From assembly GCF_000181795.1 (NCBI RefSeq), contig NW_003526943.1, positions 994,487 to 1,058,486 of the forward strand: DNA of 64,000 bases. Reading direction: 5' to 3'. Made by a program: the position numbers and the translations under genes. Below are positions 24,407-37,437 of the stretch, one piece after another. The notes under the pieces are model-generated. The model saw only the letters and a list, made by a program, of their open reading frames with translations. It was not told where the DNA came from and searched no databases. Within the stretch, counting starts at the first letter, position 1. Every line of letters starts with the position of its first letter. This stretch comes from Trichinella spiralis. Taxonomy: Eukaryota.

Positions 24407-24452
<46 letters not shown>
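24206..24452. repeat. Imperfect (CTA)n and perfect (ATT)15 microsatellites downstream of the ZC3H11A-like gene
   Basis: Read directly: (CTA)n ~24206-24275 and (ATT)n 24408-24452. Confidence 0.85.
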
Positions 24453-25311
24453 TTGTGCGCATATGAAATATTGATGTATGTGTATTTTTTAAGCACAGTG
24501 AATAAGTTGCAAAGCAGGTAAAAACGGGATTTGAAAGTAATTGAAAATTACATTGGAAAATAGTACTTAAAATAAAGTTATGTATATGTATATATATGTG
24601 TATAGGTATGCTGTGTACACGTGACAAAAGTTGCTAAAGTATGATACAATTTACTTTTACTTTTTCATCAACAACAACAACAAGAAAACAAAATGGGAAA
24701 AAAACTGACTGACTGCATTTGCTTGTTGTATGCATAAGATTGATTGTACAAATTTGAAAATGATCCAAGCTGAAAAGTACGTGAAAAATACATCAGCAAT
24801 ATTTATCTATAATATGCATGTATGTGTGTGTATCTATCTATCTAGCTATATTATATGTATGATAGTAGAGATAGCTATAGTTAGCATGCAAATTGCAGTG
24901 AAAAAGTGGTAGCTTCAGAACAGCTTTCTCTCTCTGTATGACTCTCTCTATTCCTGGAAGAGAGATTAATTTTTTTGGTTTTTCCAGCAGTATTAGACAA
25001 GTATTTAACATTTCTTAAGAAAAATAGGCACATTTCATCAATTCTTTCTTAATAAAAAAGTGAAAACAATACATATATTTCAATGCAATGAACACGCGCA
25101 GCTTGAAAAATGTGAGAAAAAAAGCACTGTTTGTTCAAAAAAGAAAAATATTTTCAAGCACACATCAAACGTATATATATATATATGTTTTTTAAATAAA
25201 TATATATACGGTTGAATTGATACGGTAACGAAATAGTAGAAGATAAATAATTTTGAGAAAACCAAAAAAGAAATACTAATTAATGTAATAAACAAAAAGA
25301 AAACATAAATT

Positions 25312-27095
25312 TCAAACATTCTGCACGATGATATTTTTCATGCAGAGTTGATGATCCCGTTTGTCACCCCAACCACCGTATTCGGCCGGCAATTTCGGAG
25401 ATCGACGGTTTGAGAGTTTGAGGAAAAAATTTTGCGGAAAAAGTTGTGGCTTCAGATCTTTCAGTCGAGTGACGACCGTGTTAGCGCTTGAATCCGCGGT
25501 GCACAGTCGACCCTTGTGGTGAATACCGCTAAAAGATGAAAATTTGCAAATATAAACAAACAAACTAACTAACTAACTGACCAATCACCGATGTGAAATA
25601 CTCGAGGAGTGGCAACGACAATTGTCCACAACGGTGGATTCATGCATTGTCGACTGACGTGCAACAACGACCAGTCCCAGTTGTAATCGTCATATTTGCA
25701 AAAGTTCTAATAAATTAAAATAAAATTGTTGTTAATTAAAATTAAATAAATATATATTTGATTGAAATCTGTATTGATTGAATTGGTGTGGGAGAAATTT
25801 ACCGAACCACAGCTGCGAATTGCATTCCAAGTACTACGATTGATTGCCATGCCCATGTTGTGATGACTAGAAAACCAGAGCATCACATTCAACTGAAATA
25901 TTGTTTAAAAAAACAATAATAATAATAAGATATGATGTTTATGAAGATGAAAAGATACCGCATTCGGTTGACTGTTTCGTCTGTTTAATTGATTATAACT
26001 ACCCAACGTGATCACTTGACAATGTTTGCACAGACTAAAATTTGTTTAAAAAATGAAACAATTATTAATCAAAAAATGAATAAAAATGCAATAAATTCAC
26101 TTGTCTCGATTGCGTACGATATAATCGAAAGTGTACAAAAAGTCCGGTGAAACGTAATGGTCCTCTTCGAGCAGCAGCACCCAGTCGCTGTAATTTTTCA
26201 GCCGTGGGATACCGTCGAATACATAATTGATCTGCAAGTCAGTCAGTCAATGGACGGATTAATGAATGAAAGAGAATTTTGAAAAGAAGAAAAGAGAGGC
26301 AAGGAAAATTCACCTTCCACCACCAGTGATGCTTAATTTGAGTCAACGATGCTTCACGATAATGGCCGTATCGATCCGGAGAATCCCAATTGAGACATTT
26401 CTCCTTCTGAGCTCTGTTGAATTTTGAAACAAAAAAATAAATTATAAAATTAAAACTATATAAAGCGGTATTATTAACTGAGCTTTGTCGATATCGCGCG
26501 CACAGTCGAGCGGATCTTGACCGGGAAATTTGTACGGACTGATCTGGACGTTGTCGGGATAGAAGATTTGCATGACACGACAGAAGCGGATCGACCTGAC
26601 AAATCCGTTCATCTCGACATCGTAATAATCATGGCTGAAGATCACCAGGGCGCGGTTGATGAACGGCGCCGCTTCGAAGCTCTCGACCAATTTGCGCAGG
26701 TAGTTGAGCCGCCTGTGGACTTGGACCACAATGACGAAGCTGACATTCTCCACCGGACCGAACAGATTCTCGTTGAGCACATCAGCGTGGATGTTGTTGT
26801 CTCGTATGATGCGCCTGATTTCGTCGACACTAGGCGAGGGCGGTGGCTCTCCGGCTTCAACAAACTCAATCCCACCCGACCCCGGTGGAACAGGCGATTC
26901 TTGTTCGGTGGTGAAGCCGCCGGCTTTGGACAGGGCGGACGGCTGACTTGGTCGGAACAGGATGTCCGCATTGGCGGTGGTCGAATATTCGAAATTGAAG
27001 CCCCGGCCACGCTTCAATTTCAACACCAGCACCAACAGCACGAAAAACGTGAACGTCAACTTGAGCAATTTGATCAACAACCGAGACGAGAGCAT
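25312..27095 (-). CDS. MGAT2: Canonical GnT-II / MGAT2 (C. elegans gly-20-like), 7 exons
   Basis: TM anchor MLSSRLLIKLLKLTFTFFVLLVLVL, then VVQVHRRLNYL, IFSHD, QIFYP, FPGQDPLDCARD...CLNWDSPDRYGHYREASLTQIKHHWWWK, LLEEDHY, HNMGMA, FCKYDDYNWDWSL, RVFHIGDCGIHH and YGGWGDKRDHQLC. Confidence 0.94.
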
Positions 27096-27711
27096 TCGAA
27101 AACAAGCTTCCGACAGCAATATACCGTCATCACCGGCAACACCAAACCACGTGCCGACGATGTTGCCAACACTGTAGCATCGTCGAAATGTCAAACAGTC
27201 ACCACCGACACCTGAAATATTCAAAACGTTGAAAACCAGGAGATTTTTTCTCCAGCATTCAAAACATCACGTCTGTGAAATTTCAAATTTTCCAATTTTG
27301 TGACAACACTTTTACATACATTTAAACACAGCAAGTGTAGATTTGAAAATTACAATTAATTTTACGCTAAATTTGCGCAATTGCAAATGCAAATCAGAAG
27401 AAAATAATACATAATACACAATATAAATGGATAAATGCATGGATGTAGTTTTTTAATTGAAACTTTTCAAATTTCATTTTACATCTCAACTATTCTAATT
27501 TTCTGATTATCCTCTTACATTCATCAATAAAAAAATGAAAAAAAACTTTTTCCAAACAACAACAAATAATGAAAAAATATTTGATGTAAATATGGAAATT
27601 TACACTGAAAGTATTTTGATAATGAAATAATTGATAATAATAAGAAATGAAAAGAATGATAAGAGGAGGAAAATTGAAAGTATAGAAAAATGGTGAAACA
27701 AATTTTCAATA

Positions 27712-27747
<36 letters not shown>

Positions 27748-28031
27748 ATCAATAAAAGCTGCGCAAATGCGGGGGCGGATGAATAAAATGCTTTTCGTTC
27801 GACGTTCATTTCTTAAACTTTTCCCTCTTTTTTAACATTAATTAGCCAAACAATAATTTCAACAATAGCTTTATTATCAAATATGGTCAATTTTGTTCGG
27901 CTGCACGGCAAAAATGGTGGACAACAAGAAAATCGCGTTTCCAAAGTCAACACAACAGCTGCTTGTTCTTCCGTTTGTTAATTTTTCAATTTAGACCAAT
28001 CACCGTCATCACAGGCGAATCGCAATTATTA

Positions 28032-28076
28032 AATAATAATAATAATAATAATAATAATTATTATTATTATTATTAT
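28032..28076. repeat. (AAT)n immediately followed by (TAT)n: self-complementary microsatellite
   Basis: Reads aataataat...aataattattattat...tat. Confidence 0.85.
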
Positions 28077-31000
28077 CAAGCGTTGCTTGGGGTGTTGGTT
28101 CACAGGAAAGAAACTACTTTTGTCTCTACTTTTCTTTCTTTCCCCCTACCTCCCTCTCACCCTACACCTCCCTTTCACCTTTGTCAGTCAACTCTGTCAA
28201 AGCAAAAGTTGGAACAAATCGATTAATCAGTCTCCTCTACCATCAATCAATCAATCAATCAATCGATCAATCATTCGATCGATCGATCACTAACGGCATT
28301 ATGAATAAAATAAAGAAAAAAATATTAATAAAACTATTTTTCTTTTGCTGAAAGTAAAAAATTCACAATTTCATTCACATTCATTCGTTCATTCTAAAAG
28401 AACAACAACAACAACAAAATTACTCACTGCACACGTTATATATAGATATAGTTATGCATATATAAATATCAAAGAAAATGAAAAAACCACAAACTTGGAT
28501 GATTATTAAAAAATATGTTGAAAAGGGCATGATAATGCGAAAGATGAACACGTAGGGGAGAATTTTATAAAACAAATATATATATATGCATATGTATAAT
28601 ATTCTGCTCAATAATTGTTCGTCGTGGTCAACTTGTGCAAATATTTGATTTGCATTAATAAAAAAAGATGTGATTAAAGAACAAAAACAAACAAAAAATG
28701 TTGATCAAAAACAATGCGACGAACAATTTTTTTTCCAATTTTAATAATACACACTGAAGCGGTAGTGTGGTGGTAAGTGGTGTTTGGAAATGAATTTAAA
28801 TTGTGCAGAAATAATGAATAGATTGGAAAAACTGTGATCATCGTCATCAAAAGCAGATGCAGGAATAAGCCCGATGATGCTGAGCAAAAAAGTACAACCC
28901 AATTCAACTGATCTTCCACAAAAATTTGTCACGTTAATAAAATTTTGAAAAATCAACAAATAATTTATAAAAAATTACCGTCGATTCATTATTTTTCATT
29001 GAAAAATACAAATGCTCTCAATAATGATAAATAAGTTAATTTCCATTTTACTTTCTCTACTTGCTTGTTCCAATCATATTATAATTTGTCAAATCATCCA
29101 TCAATGCATTATACACATCTGTGTAAACATCTGCCGTTCATCTATCGCATTGCTTTGCACAGCTTGTGATTCTCTATAACCGTACTCTAGAGGCCTGTGC
29201 AAATATGGTCATGTCAAATTTGATCTTCAATTTTAACCCACACTCTCACTGTTGAGAATTTAATTTGAAAAATTATTCACAAAATTAATAATATATAAAT
29301 GAAATTAGAAAGAAAAAATTTTCAAATTTTCTGATGAACAATTGTTTTGTGTGTCAATGAGTTTGCAAATACATATATACATATATATATAGATATCAAT
29401 TTGCCAGAGGCTGAGAATTTAGAGCGGCCAAATCGACCGTGCAACTCACATCAAACCTATATATGAAATGGGTACACCAAAAGAAATGAATAAAAGAAAT
29501 AATAAAAGCTATTAAATAAAACAGCATCACAATTTCAGTAGAACGGGCCTTGTCATAATGATCTATTTATTAGTGGAAAAAAAAGAATTAAAACTGAAAT
29601 TTAGTTCTAGTCAAAGAAAAGAAAATGAAATTCCATGTAAATTTTTCTTCAATCTAATTTATTTATTGAAAAAAAACAAAAACATTACTATATTGCACAT
29701 TCTTATGAAATAAATAAATAAATTTAATGTTTAATTTAATTGTAGAAATTATATTTTTATTTTACCAATTGTCGGTAGAGTTGTATTGAACGTGTCAAAG
29801 AGAAAACCAGCAGAAGAACAAGCAAATGAAAGTGAAACTGCAGATTGGATGTTGTTTCAAGTAGTTAGTATGGTTTTATATTTCAAATAATAAAACCAAA
29901 TCTATTGACAACCACGCCCTCATCGCAAGTTATTTTTGGCAAATTTCCACGATAGAACATAAAAATTTCCACAAACCAACAACAAACAGAAATAATAATA
30001 ATAATGATAATAATAAATATTCAACTTTTCAAAACTGACTGATTCATCAACGCCGCAAACAACAAATGACGTAATAAGAAATGAGAACGAATCACTGAAC
30101 AGAACCGGTCGTCATTTTGCAAAATACCAAATTTAGTCACTCTCATTCAACAATCTACAAACACTTTCTCATCGCTGACAAGTGTCGAATTGAAAATAAA
30201 TTTATTCAAAATTTTATTCACACGAACAATTTGGAAAATAATTAATTATTCCATGAAAGTATTCTTTGCGCGAGCATCGTGGAAAAATCAAACACAATTA
30301 TCAATTTTCATTCACCCCACCTATATCAATATTAATATAGAATGAATTTTCCAATTCAAATTTTCCACGTGTTCTTTTGGAAAATAAAAAATTCAATAAA
30401 ATTTCAAAAGAAAATTTTTAATATGTCAAAATAAACATAAAAATGAAAAATTGGATTTCAAATTCTAGAAATGGAGAAAATGAAAAACCGGTGCTAGTTG
30501 TCAGTTAACCGAAAAGAAAAAGAAACTCTGTTGTTATGTGTGAAATATGTACAAAGCCTGAAAATTGTTGCTTCAATTTCAACTTTACATTTTTTCGCAA
30601 CAAATTTAACAAATAACGTCATTTTCACTATCCCTATTGTTGTTATTATTCAAATTTTAAAATTAAATTGATACTTTTAAATTGTTTTCTTAATTTGAAA
30701 ATTCAAACAAATCAATCAATTAATGTAATACGGTAAATAAACAAAAACAGAAGAAAACAATAATACCCATCTTCATCGGTACTACAAACGGCAGTTGCAT
30801 CAAACATGAATTGAGAATATCTTTTTTCATCAATTTCAGACTATCGTTGCTTCACATGCAAATAACTGCTTCATTTCCTATAAAAAAATTTATACTGAAT
30901 AACTATCTTTTGCACAAACAAATTATTATCATACCATATGAAACATCAAATAATTTCTTATATTATTCAATATAATATAAATATTAAAAAAAACATTTCT

Positions 31001-32472
31001 ATCAACTTGAATATCGACTATATTTTAAGAAAACGCTTTCCATATCTCTATATAAACCTATAAATCTGTATCAACTTATGTTTAATAGAGGAAAATTACA
31101 TTTTTAACGTACTTCAAAGTAAATATTCTTTACAAGAAATTTTAAACTTGCGCGGAATATACTACAAAAATACCGTAAATATTAAAGTACTGTAAAGAAA
31201 TGCAAGACATTGTACAAAAGTTATTTTATAAAATTAAAATTCAAACAATAATTAATAAAACAAAAAAGTTCAATAATTATTTCACACTCTTATAATTTAT
31301 TCATCAATTTAAACGCAAGTACTCAAACAGTTAATGGCAAGTTTCTTTGATGTCCTTGTATTATAATAAAAATACAAAATGATAGATATTTAAAATAATT
31401 CAATTAATATAAAATATTAAATTTATAAAAAAATTTTTTAAATCTGATAATACTGTTGATGCACATATCGCAAAAAGCAATGAACACTTCAATATAATCA
31501 AAGAGTGTTTCAAATGAAAAATTATTCAACATTAGCCTGATAATTTTCATTTCTTTAAAATTCCCGTTCAATTCAAATTTTGTATTACTTCGTTCGCTAT
31601 CAACATTTAACAATACTTCCAATTCGAATTAATAAAATTAATATCACATTGGTTCAGAAACAGAATTATCCTGAAATTCAAGTACTTCTCAATTTTACAA
31701 GTATGGTGTAAATGTTCGTTTGCCAAAAAATCTAATCTCTGCACAACTGATTTATTTTATTTCTGTGAACAGTTTATTTCTGCTTTTTAAAAAGTTTAAA
31801 TTTTAAAAGTGCCAAAATAAATTTTAGCAATCATCTTATTTGAGATGACTTTATAATTTCAACTGGTAATTTGATTGACATGAAGTTTCATTATTTTTTG
31901 TCAGTGTTTCAGAAGTATTTTAAATTAATATAAATTATTTTTATATTGAAGAATTGAGTAAGTTAATTACTTAAAAATTTCCACAGTTATTCGAGCATTT
32001 TTTGGAGAGTAAATTTTATACTATCTTGATTTACAGATATATAAAGGTACTGTAGTATTCCATGAATAATTTTCATTAGTTACTTCTTTTTCAGTGGCAG
32101 TTGTTTTACACTTACATAAATTAAAAATACTATTAATTGGTATGCAAAATTGAAAATTTCTTATTTTAACTTTTATTTTACATTTGTAAAATTAATCAGA
32201 ATACAGTTTTCAGTTGTTGCTTGTTACATTTCACAATAAATTGTTTGATAAATTAAGAAAATTTCAAAAATTATTTATTTCGACTCATACTTGACAGGTT
32301 AAACTGATTATATTAATTTGGTTTGGTCTGTTTTTCTTTCTGGTCAATATGACAAATTGTAAAGCATCCTCTCTTTAAATATAGACATAGAAACACAGAC
32401 AGTGTATATGTGATTGAATTTGTATGAAGCATTTTGTTGTTGCCAGTTATTTGGACGAAAAGAATATCTGAA

Positions 32473-35400
32473 ATGACAAGTCCGTTCATTACAAGTCCTG
32501 TAACAGTAAATTACGAAAAATATCAATATTTGACAATAAGAAGATTACTGTGTTGTAGCCTTCGTTTTTGCACCCTTGCGAATATTTAAAGTGCCTCTCG
32601 TTGCCAAAAGTGATCTGTCGTCTACTTTCTGTCAAAAAGATAACATCGACTGCTTCGTGCAAGTTGGTATGTATTGTTGATTATGATGATAATTGAAAAT
32701 TTACTAAAATACCATTAAAGATTCGTGATCACGTTGTCAAGTTCGATGGAAATTTGAAATTACCAGCGATCAGCGAAGTAACAAAGCCAAATACGTTTGC
32801 CGACAGTCGAAACGATTTAAAATGTTTAACATCCGCAGAATTATTGTTTAAAGACATTTCAGTCTTTTCCAGCTCAGCGAAATTGAAAAAATTCAGTTGT
32901 CTTTTCGAAAATCAGTTATTTCAAATTGTTACCAAGCGAGGTTGCATGCATGTACAATTTCGAGGTTTCAAGACAAAACGTCACGTGACGGAAAGTATTA
33001 ATAAAGAAGAGAAACCAAGTTCTGTAATTGAACAGAAATTATAAAGAGACGAAATTTTTATACAATATTTTAATGCAAATTTTAGATTCGTTCTCTGAAA
33101 TTTTTGAACTTGTTTCCTTGGCGAGGGAGTGTTAAAAAATTGGAAACTTTGGTAGAAAAAGCAGAGAGTGAAGAATCAAAGGAATTAATTAAGGTACATC
33201 CAAAGTTTCCTCGCTTATTCAGTGCTTCTTTCAATCCCAGTGTTCACTTTCAGCGTGCTTTTACTGAAGGCTATTTGGCTTCTGGTGGTCTTACAAAAAA
33301 ATTTCTGCTTTTCGTATTTATATTGTTTTTGCTTCCATTCTTTTTCCAACTGTACGTTCAATACGGCTTGTGGTCGGACAGTAAGATCAAATCTATTTCA
33401 TTCGTTTTACATATAAACAAGCTGATATTTTCTTAAAATTTTGTTGCAGAGCTGTTTTCAACTATTAAAGAAATTTCACCCGAGGAAATTCTCGTCGACT
33501 TCAGCGATGTCAAAGGAGTATGTTTATTAATTGCAACTTCCTTTTCATAATTTATCTTTCAGATTAAGATCATTTGCAAAATCATACTTTTCAGTTCTTG
33601 GAAAATTAATTCTGTACTTATTTGCATGCATCAAAAATATATAAATAAAACAAAACAAAATTTAAATAATTATGTTTTATTTTATTATTATGATATACTG
33701 TAATTTTGATTTTGAAAGTTAGGTTATTTTAAAGTAGTTCCAATTGATTGCAGTTAATGATATTCAAGTTTGTTACATTAATAATCACGAATGGGTGCAT
33801 TAATAAATGTTGAAGCATATTACATTCAAAAACTATAATTGTACATTTTTGTTTTGTTTTCCAAACGACGGTGCATATTTATATATGCATAAACTTTTTC
33901 ATGTTAATTTTGAAAGATAATTGCTATAAAGTTGTTGAATTAAGATTGATGAAGCAAAGGACGAATTGATGCAAGTTGTGGATTTTTTGAAGGAACCCAA
34001 CAAATATTTGGAATTGGGTGGTCGTCTACCTAAAGGTAGAATGTAAATTTTGTTAAAAGTTGGAAAAAAATCCTCTTTGACCAAGCAAATTTTTTCCTCT
34101 CAGGTGTTTTGCTGGTTGGACCACCCGGAATTGGTAAAACGTTGCTTGCTCGAGCGATAGCTGGAGAAGCTGGTGTAAATTTTTTCAATACATCTGGTTC
34201 TGAATTCGAAGAAATGTTCGTAGGTTTGGGCGCAAAACGTGTGCGTGATTTGTTCGGTGAGAAATTTTTGCGTATATTTTTGTTTATTTATTTATTTTTT
34301 CAATGCTTCATCCTAATAGCTGCTGCTAGAGAGAAAGCACCTTGTGTTGTTTTCATTGATGAAATTGATTCTGTCGGAACAAGACGTACTGACCAAAGCA
34401 TAGTTTCGTATCCGAATCAGACGCTCAATCAGCTTCTCTCTGAAATGGACGGCTTTCAACCAAGTGAAGGAGTGATCGTGTTGGCGGCCACGAATCGTCA
34501 CGAAGATCTAGATCCGTAAGCATATATAAATGATATTATTTTTGTTGTTGTGCTTTTTTATTTTGCTTTTCGTGTTGTGATTTTTTGTTTCAGCGCTTTA
34601 CTTCGTCCTGGAAGATTTGATCTTGAGCTGCACCTGAGTTTGCCGGATGTGAGAGGAAGAACAGATATATTTAAATTGTATTTGTCGAAAATAAAGGCGG
34701 ATGCCAACGTCGACGCAGAATTACTCGCTCGAGGCACTGTAGGATTTAGTGGTTAGTTGTTTTTTTTTTTGAAATTTATTTTGAAATTGAAGTTGTTTGG
34801 CATTTTGTTAATTCAAGGAGCGGATATTGAGAATATGGTTAATCAGGCTGCGTTGAAATCCGCGTCGGATGGCCAAAAAAGCGTAACTATGCAATATCTT
34901 GAAATGGCTAAAGATTTGATTTTGATGGGTAGTATTGATGAGACATTGTTATTATTTTGCAATCCAATAATATTAGGCCCACCGAGGAAAAATTACATCC
35001 CCGATGAAAAAGACAATTTAGTAACTGCTTATCATGAAGCGGGACACGCACTGGTGTCATATTTTACAAAGCATGCTACGCCTGTGCACAGGATAACAAT
35101 TTTACCTCGCGGCAGTAGCCTCGGTTTAGTATGATGAAATGTTGTATTTTTTTTTAAATTTAATATTAAAGTACAATATTATGTTGTTCAGACTACATTC
35201 CTACCGGAGAAAGATCAACACGTGCATTGTAAAATGGAATTGTTAGCAATGATTGACGTCTCCATGGGTGGCAGAGCGGCGGAAGAGTTAATTTGGGGTG
35301 CGGACATGGTGAGCAGTGGTTGCGCAGACGATTTGGAAAAGGCTACAGAGCTGGCAATGTTGATGGTCAAACATTTCGGGATGTCAGACAGGGTTTGTTT

Positions 35401-35775
35401 TTCAGTTGTTAATAGGACAATATATAATAAAGTCACGCGTCTGCAGGTTGGATTTCGGGTGATCAAAGGATCGAAAAATGTCATATACGACGTCAGTGAA
35501 GGACCTGCTGCTTCTACGATGGAAGCTATCGACGCGGAAGTGAAACGAATTTTGCAGGTATTTTTGTTCGACTTTTTGTGAATTGTTGTAGTTAGTATTG
35601 GATTTTGCTTTTTTCTCCGACTGTGTAGGAATCTTATGAACGGGCGATGAAAATTTTGAAATTGCACGCAGCAGCACACAAGCGTTTAGCAGAATGTCTG
35701 ATAGAGCGTGAAACGTTGGATGCGGCCGATTTCGAAGCGGTGATCAAAGGCGAGCCGTTGCCCGAAAAGCAATGA
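32473..35775 (+). CDS. YME1L1: Mitochondrial i-AAA ATP-dependent zinc metalloprotease YME1L (FtsH family), multi-exon
   Basis: QFRGFKTKR, a TM segment, [21 protein letters not shown], Walker A GPPGIGKT, Walker [16 protein letters not shown]...ALLRPGRFD, zinc site HEAGH, GGRAAEE and V(S)SG. The start at 32473 ([11 protein letters not shown]) is inferred from a phase-consistent exon chain. Stop at 35773-35775. Confidence 0.95.
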
Positions 35776-36824
35776 AAAAGTTTTTTGTTTTTGAAAATTT
35801 CGAACTTGACTATTTTTAAAAATCTGACCGTATCAGGAATGAATGGCAAAGTGCGTGTGTATTGTTGTTTATTCAAAAATTTTCGTCGCAATTTTTTTTG
35901 CATCAGTTGAATTTAAAATTTTACAAAATTTTGCGTATCGTTTATATTTATGAAAAAAAAATGCAAGATGAATAAGTTGTAATTTTATTTTTCTTCGACC
36001 AGAACAAGAAATGAATAACAAGAAACAACTTGGAAAATAATTTAAATTTTGTTTGTTTGTCTGTATGTTTGCAACGTACGCTCAGTGCGCGCAATTGAAT
36101 TGAAGTGAAGTGATGCATGCTGTCGGTTTGTGTGAAAGATTGGAATATTTAAAGAAAAAAAAAGAAGTGAATAAATAAACAGATAGAAAATAATGTTTCA
36201 ATTTCAGCAGCGTTGAAGATTGTTATCAGATTTTGGTAACACGTTGGTGTCGAAATTTTTTGACCAGTCCATGTTCGCAAATGTACAAAGTTATAAATAG
36301 AATTTCAAAAAAATAAAATAACATGTGTATATATATTTATTTTAATTTTTGCATATTTCAAAGAAAATGAAAATAGTTAATTAATTTTGATTTCTTTTTT
36401 TTTGTTTTTCCCATAGTGTATGTTTTTGGAAATAAATACTACTTGTTTAAAATTTCCGTAGAATAAATAATAAATGTACAACGACATCATTGTGTGGGAA
36501 TTGTAATAAAAGTAAAAAAGAGAGAAAATTGTTTTGTTTTAGAAAATACTACTCGAAATTCAGTCGTTTCCAAAGAGATGGGCATTTGAATAAAAAACAA
36601 AGTGAAATTATCTTTGCTATCAGAGTATTATTTTTGAATCAATTAAAAATCTTTAATAATTGAATTATTTGTCCATGATAAATTTTATGTTTCTTTTTAA
36701 AAATAATTATAATAATAACAAAAAAAACAAATTTGCACAAAAGATGTGCAATTTGATATTTATATTTTGCATTGCAACATTGTTTTGTAAAAGAGATAGA
36801 TATATACAGAATTGTAAGAAAGAG

Positions 36825-36910
36825 ATGGGCCAGATTAGACGCCAACGTGGCGACGGCGGAGCACTTTGATATAGGCCGCGGCGGATCTTTTTTCACCAGT
36901 GTTCAAAGGG
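36825..36910. promoter_or_regulatory. GC-rich candidate enhancer upstream of the forkhead gene, with two TCF/POP-1 HMG sites and a Helper-like GCCGCG
   Basis: CTTTGAT at 36864-36870, GCCGCG at 36875-36880 and TTCAAAG at 36902-36908, forming a GC island within very AT-rich intergenic DNA. Confidence 0.35.
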
Positions 36911-37437
36911 GCAATTTGCAACAGCAGAAGCAACGGTAAAACGAATTTTTTTTTCCCTGTATCTCCAACAAAATCACTTTTGCTGCTTCTTTTTTCCCCC
37001 GATTTCAACACTTCTATTAAGAGAAATGTTGAAGCTCAATTTAGCTTAATTTTGAGAAAATTTGCAAAATAATATTTTTCATTTATTAAATCAAAACTGG
37101 TGCACTTGACTCGATATTGTTAAGAAGAAAATATTTATATTTTTACAGTATGACATTATACTAACTGTTCAACTGGTGATGGTGGTGGTGGTGTTGTTGT
37201 TTTTTGTTTCTTTTCATCTTTTCTCTTATTCGTCAGTTTCGGATTCTCTCTTTTTTCTTTTTCTTCTTCTACTCACTTCTTCCATTATCATCGGTGAAGT
37301 TCGGTCTGACTTTCTTTGCAGTCCAGAAAAAAATAATAATCATCGCACTCTCTCCTATTCCAATTATTATTATTATTACTGTATTATTTTTTTGGGAAAA
37401 ATTATAATTTCATTTCAGTCATATTTGAATATAAATT

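Noticed and set aside
29154..29203. Inverted repeat tttgcacag...ctgtgcaaa (possible pre-miRNA)
   Set aside because: Only a 9-bp outer stem with a poorly paired interior, and no known miRNA recognised.
29779..29860. Exon-like stretch VVLNVSKRKPAEEQANESETADWMLFQ
   Set aside because: Isolated, with a weak acceptor and no partner exons.
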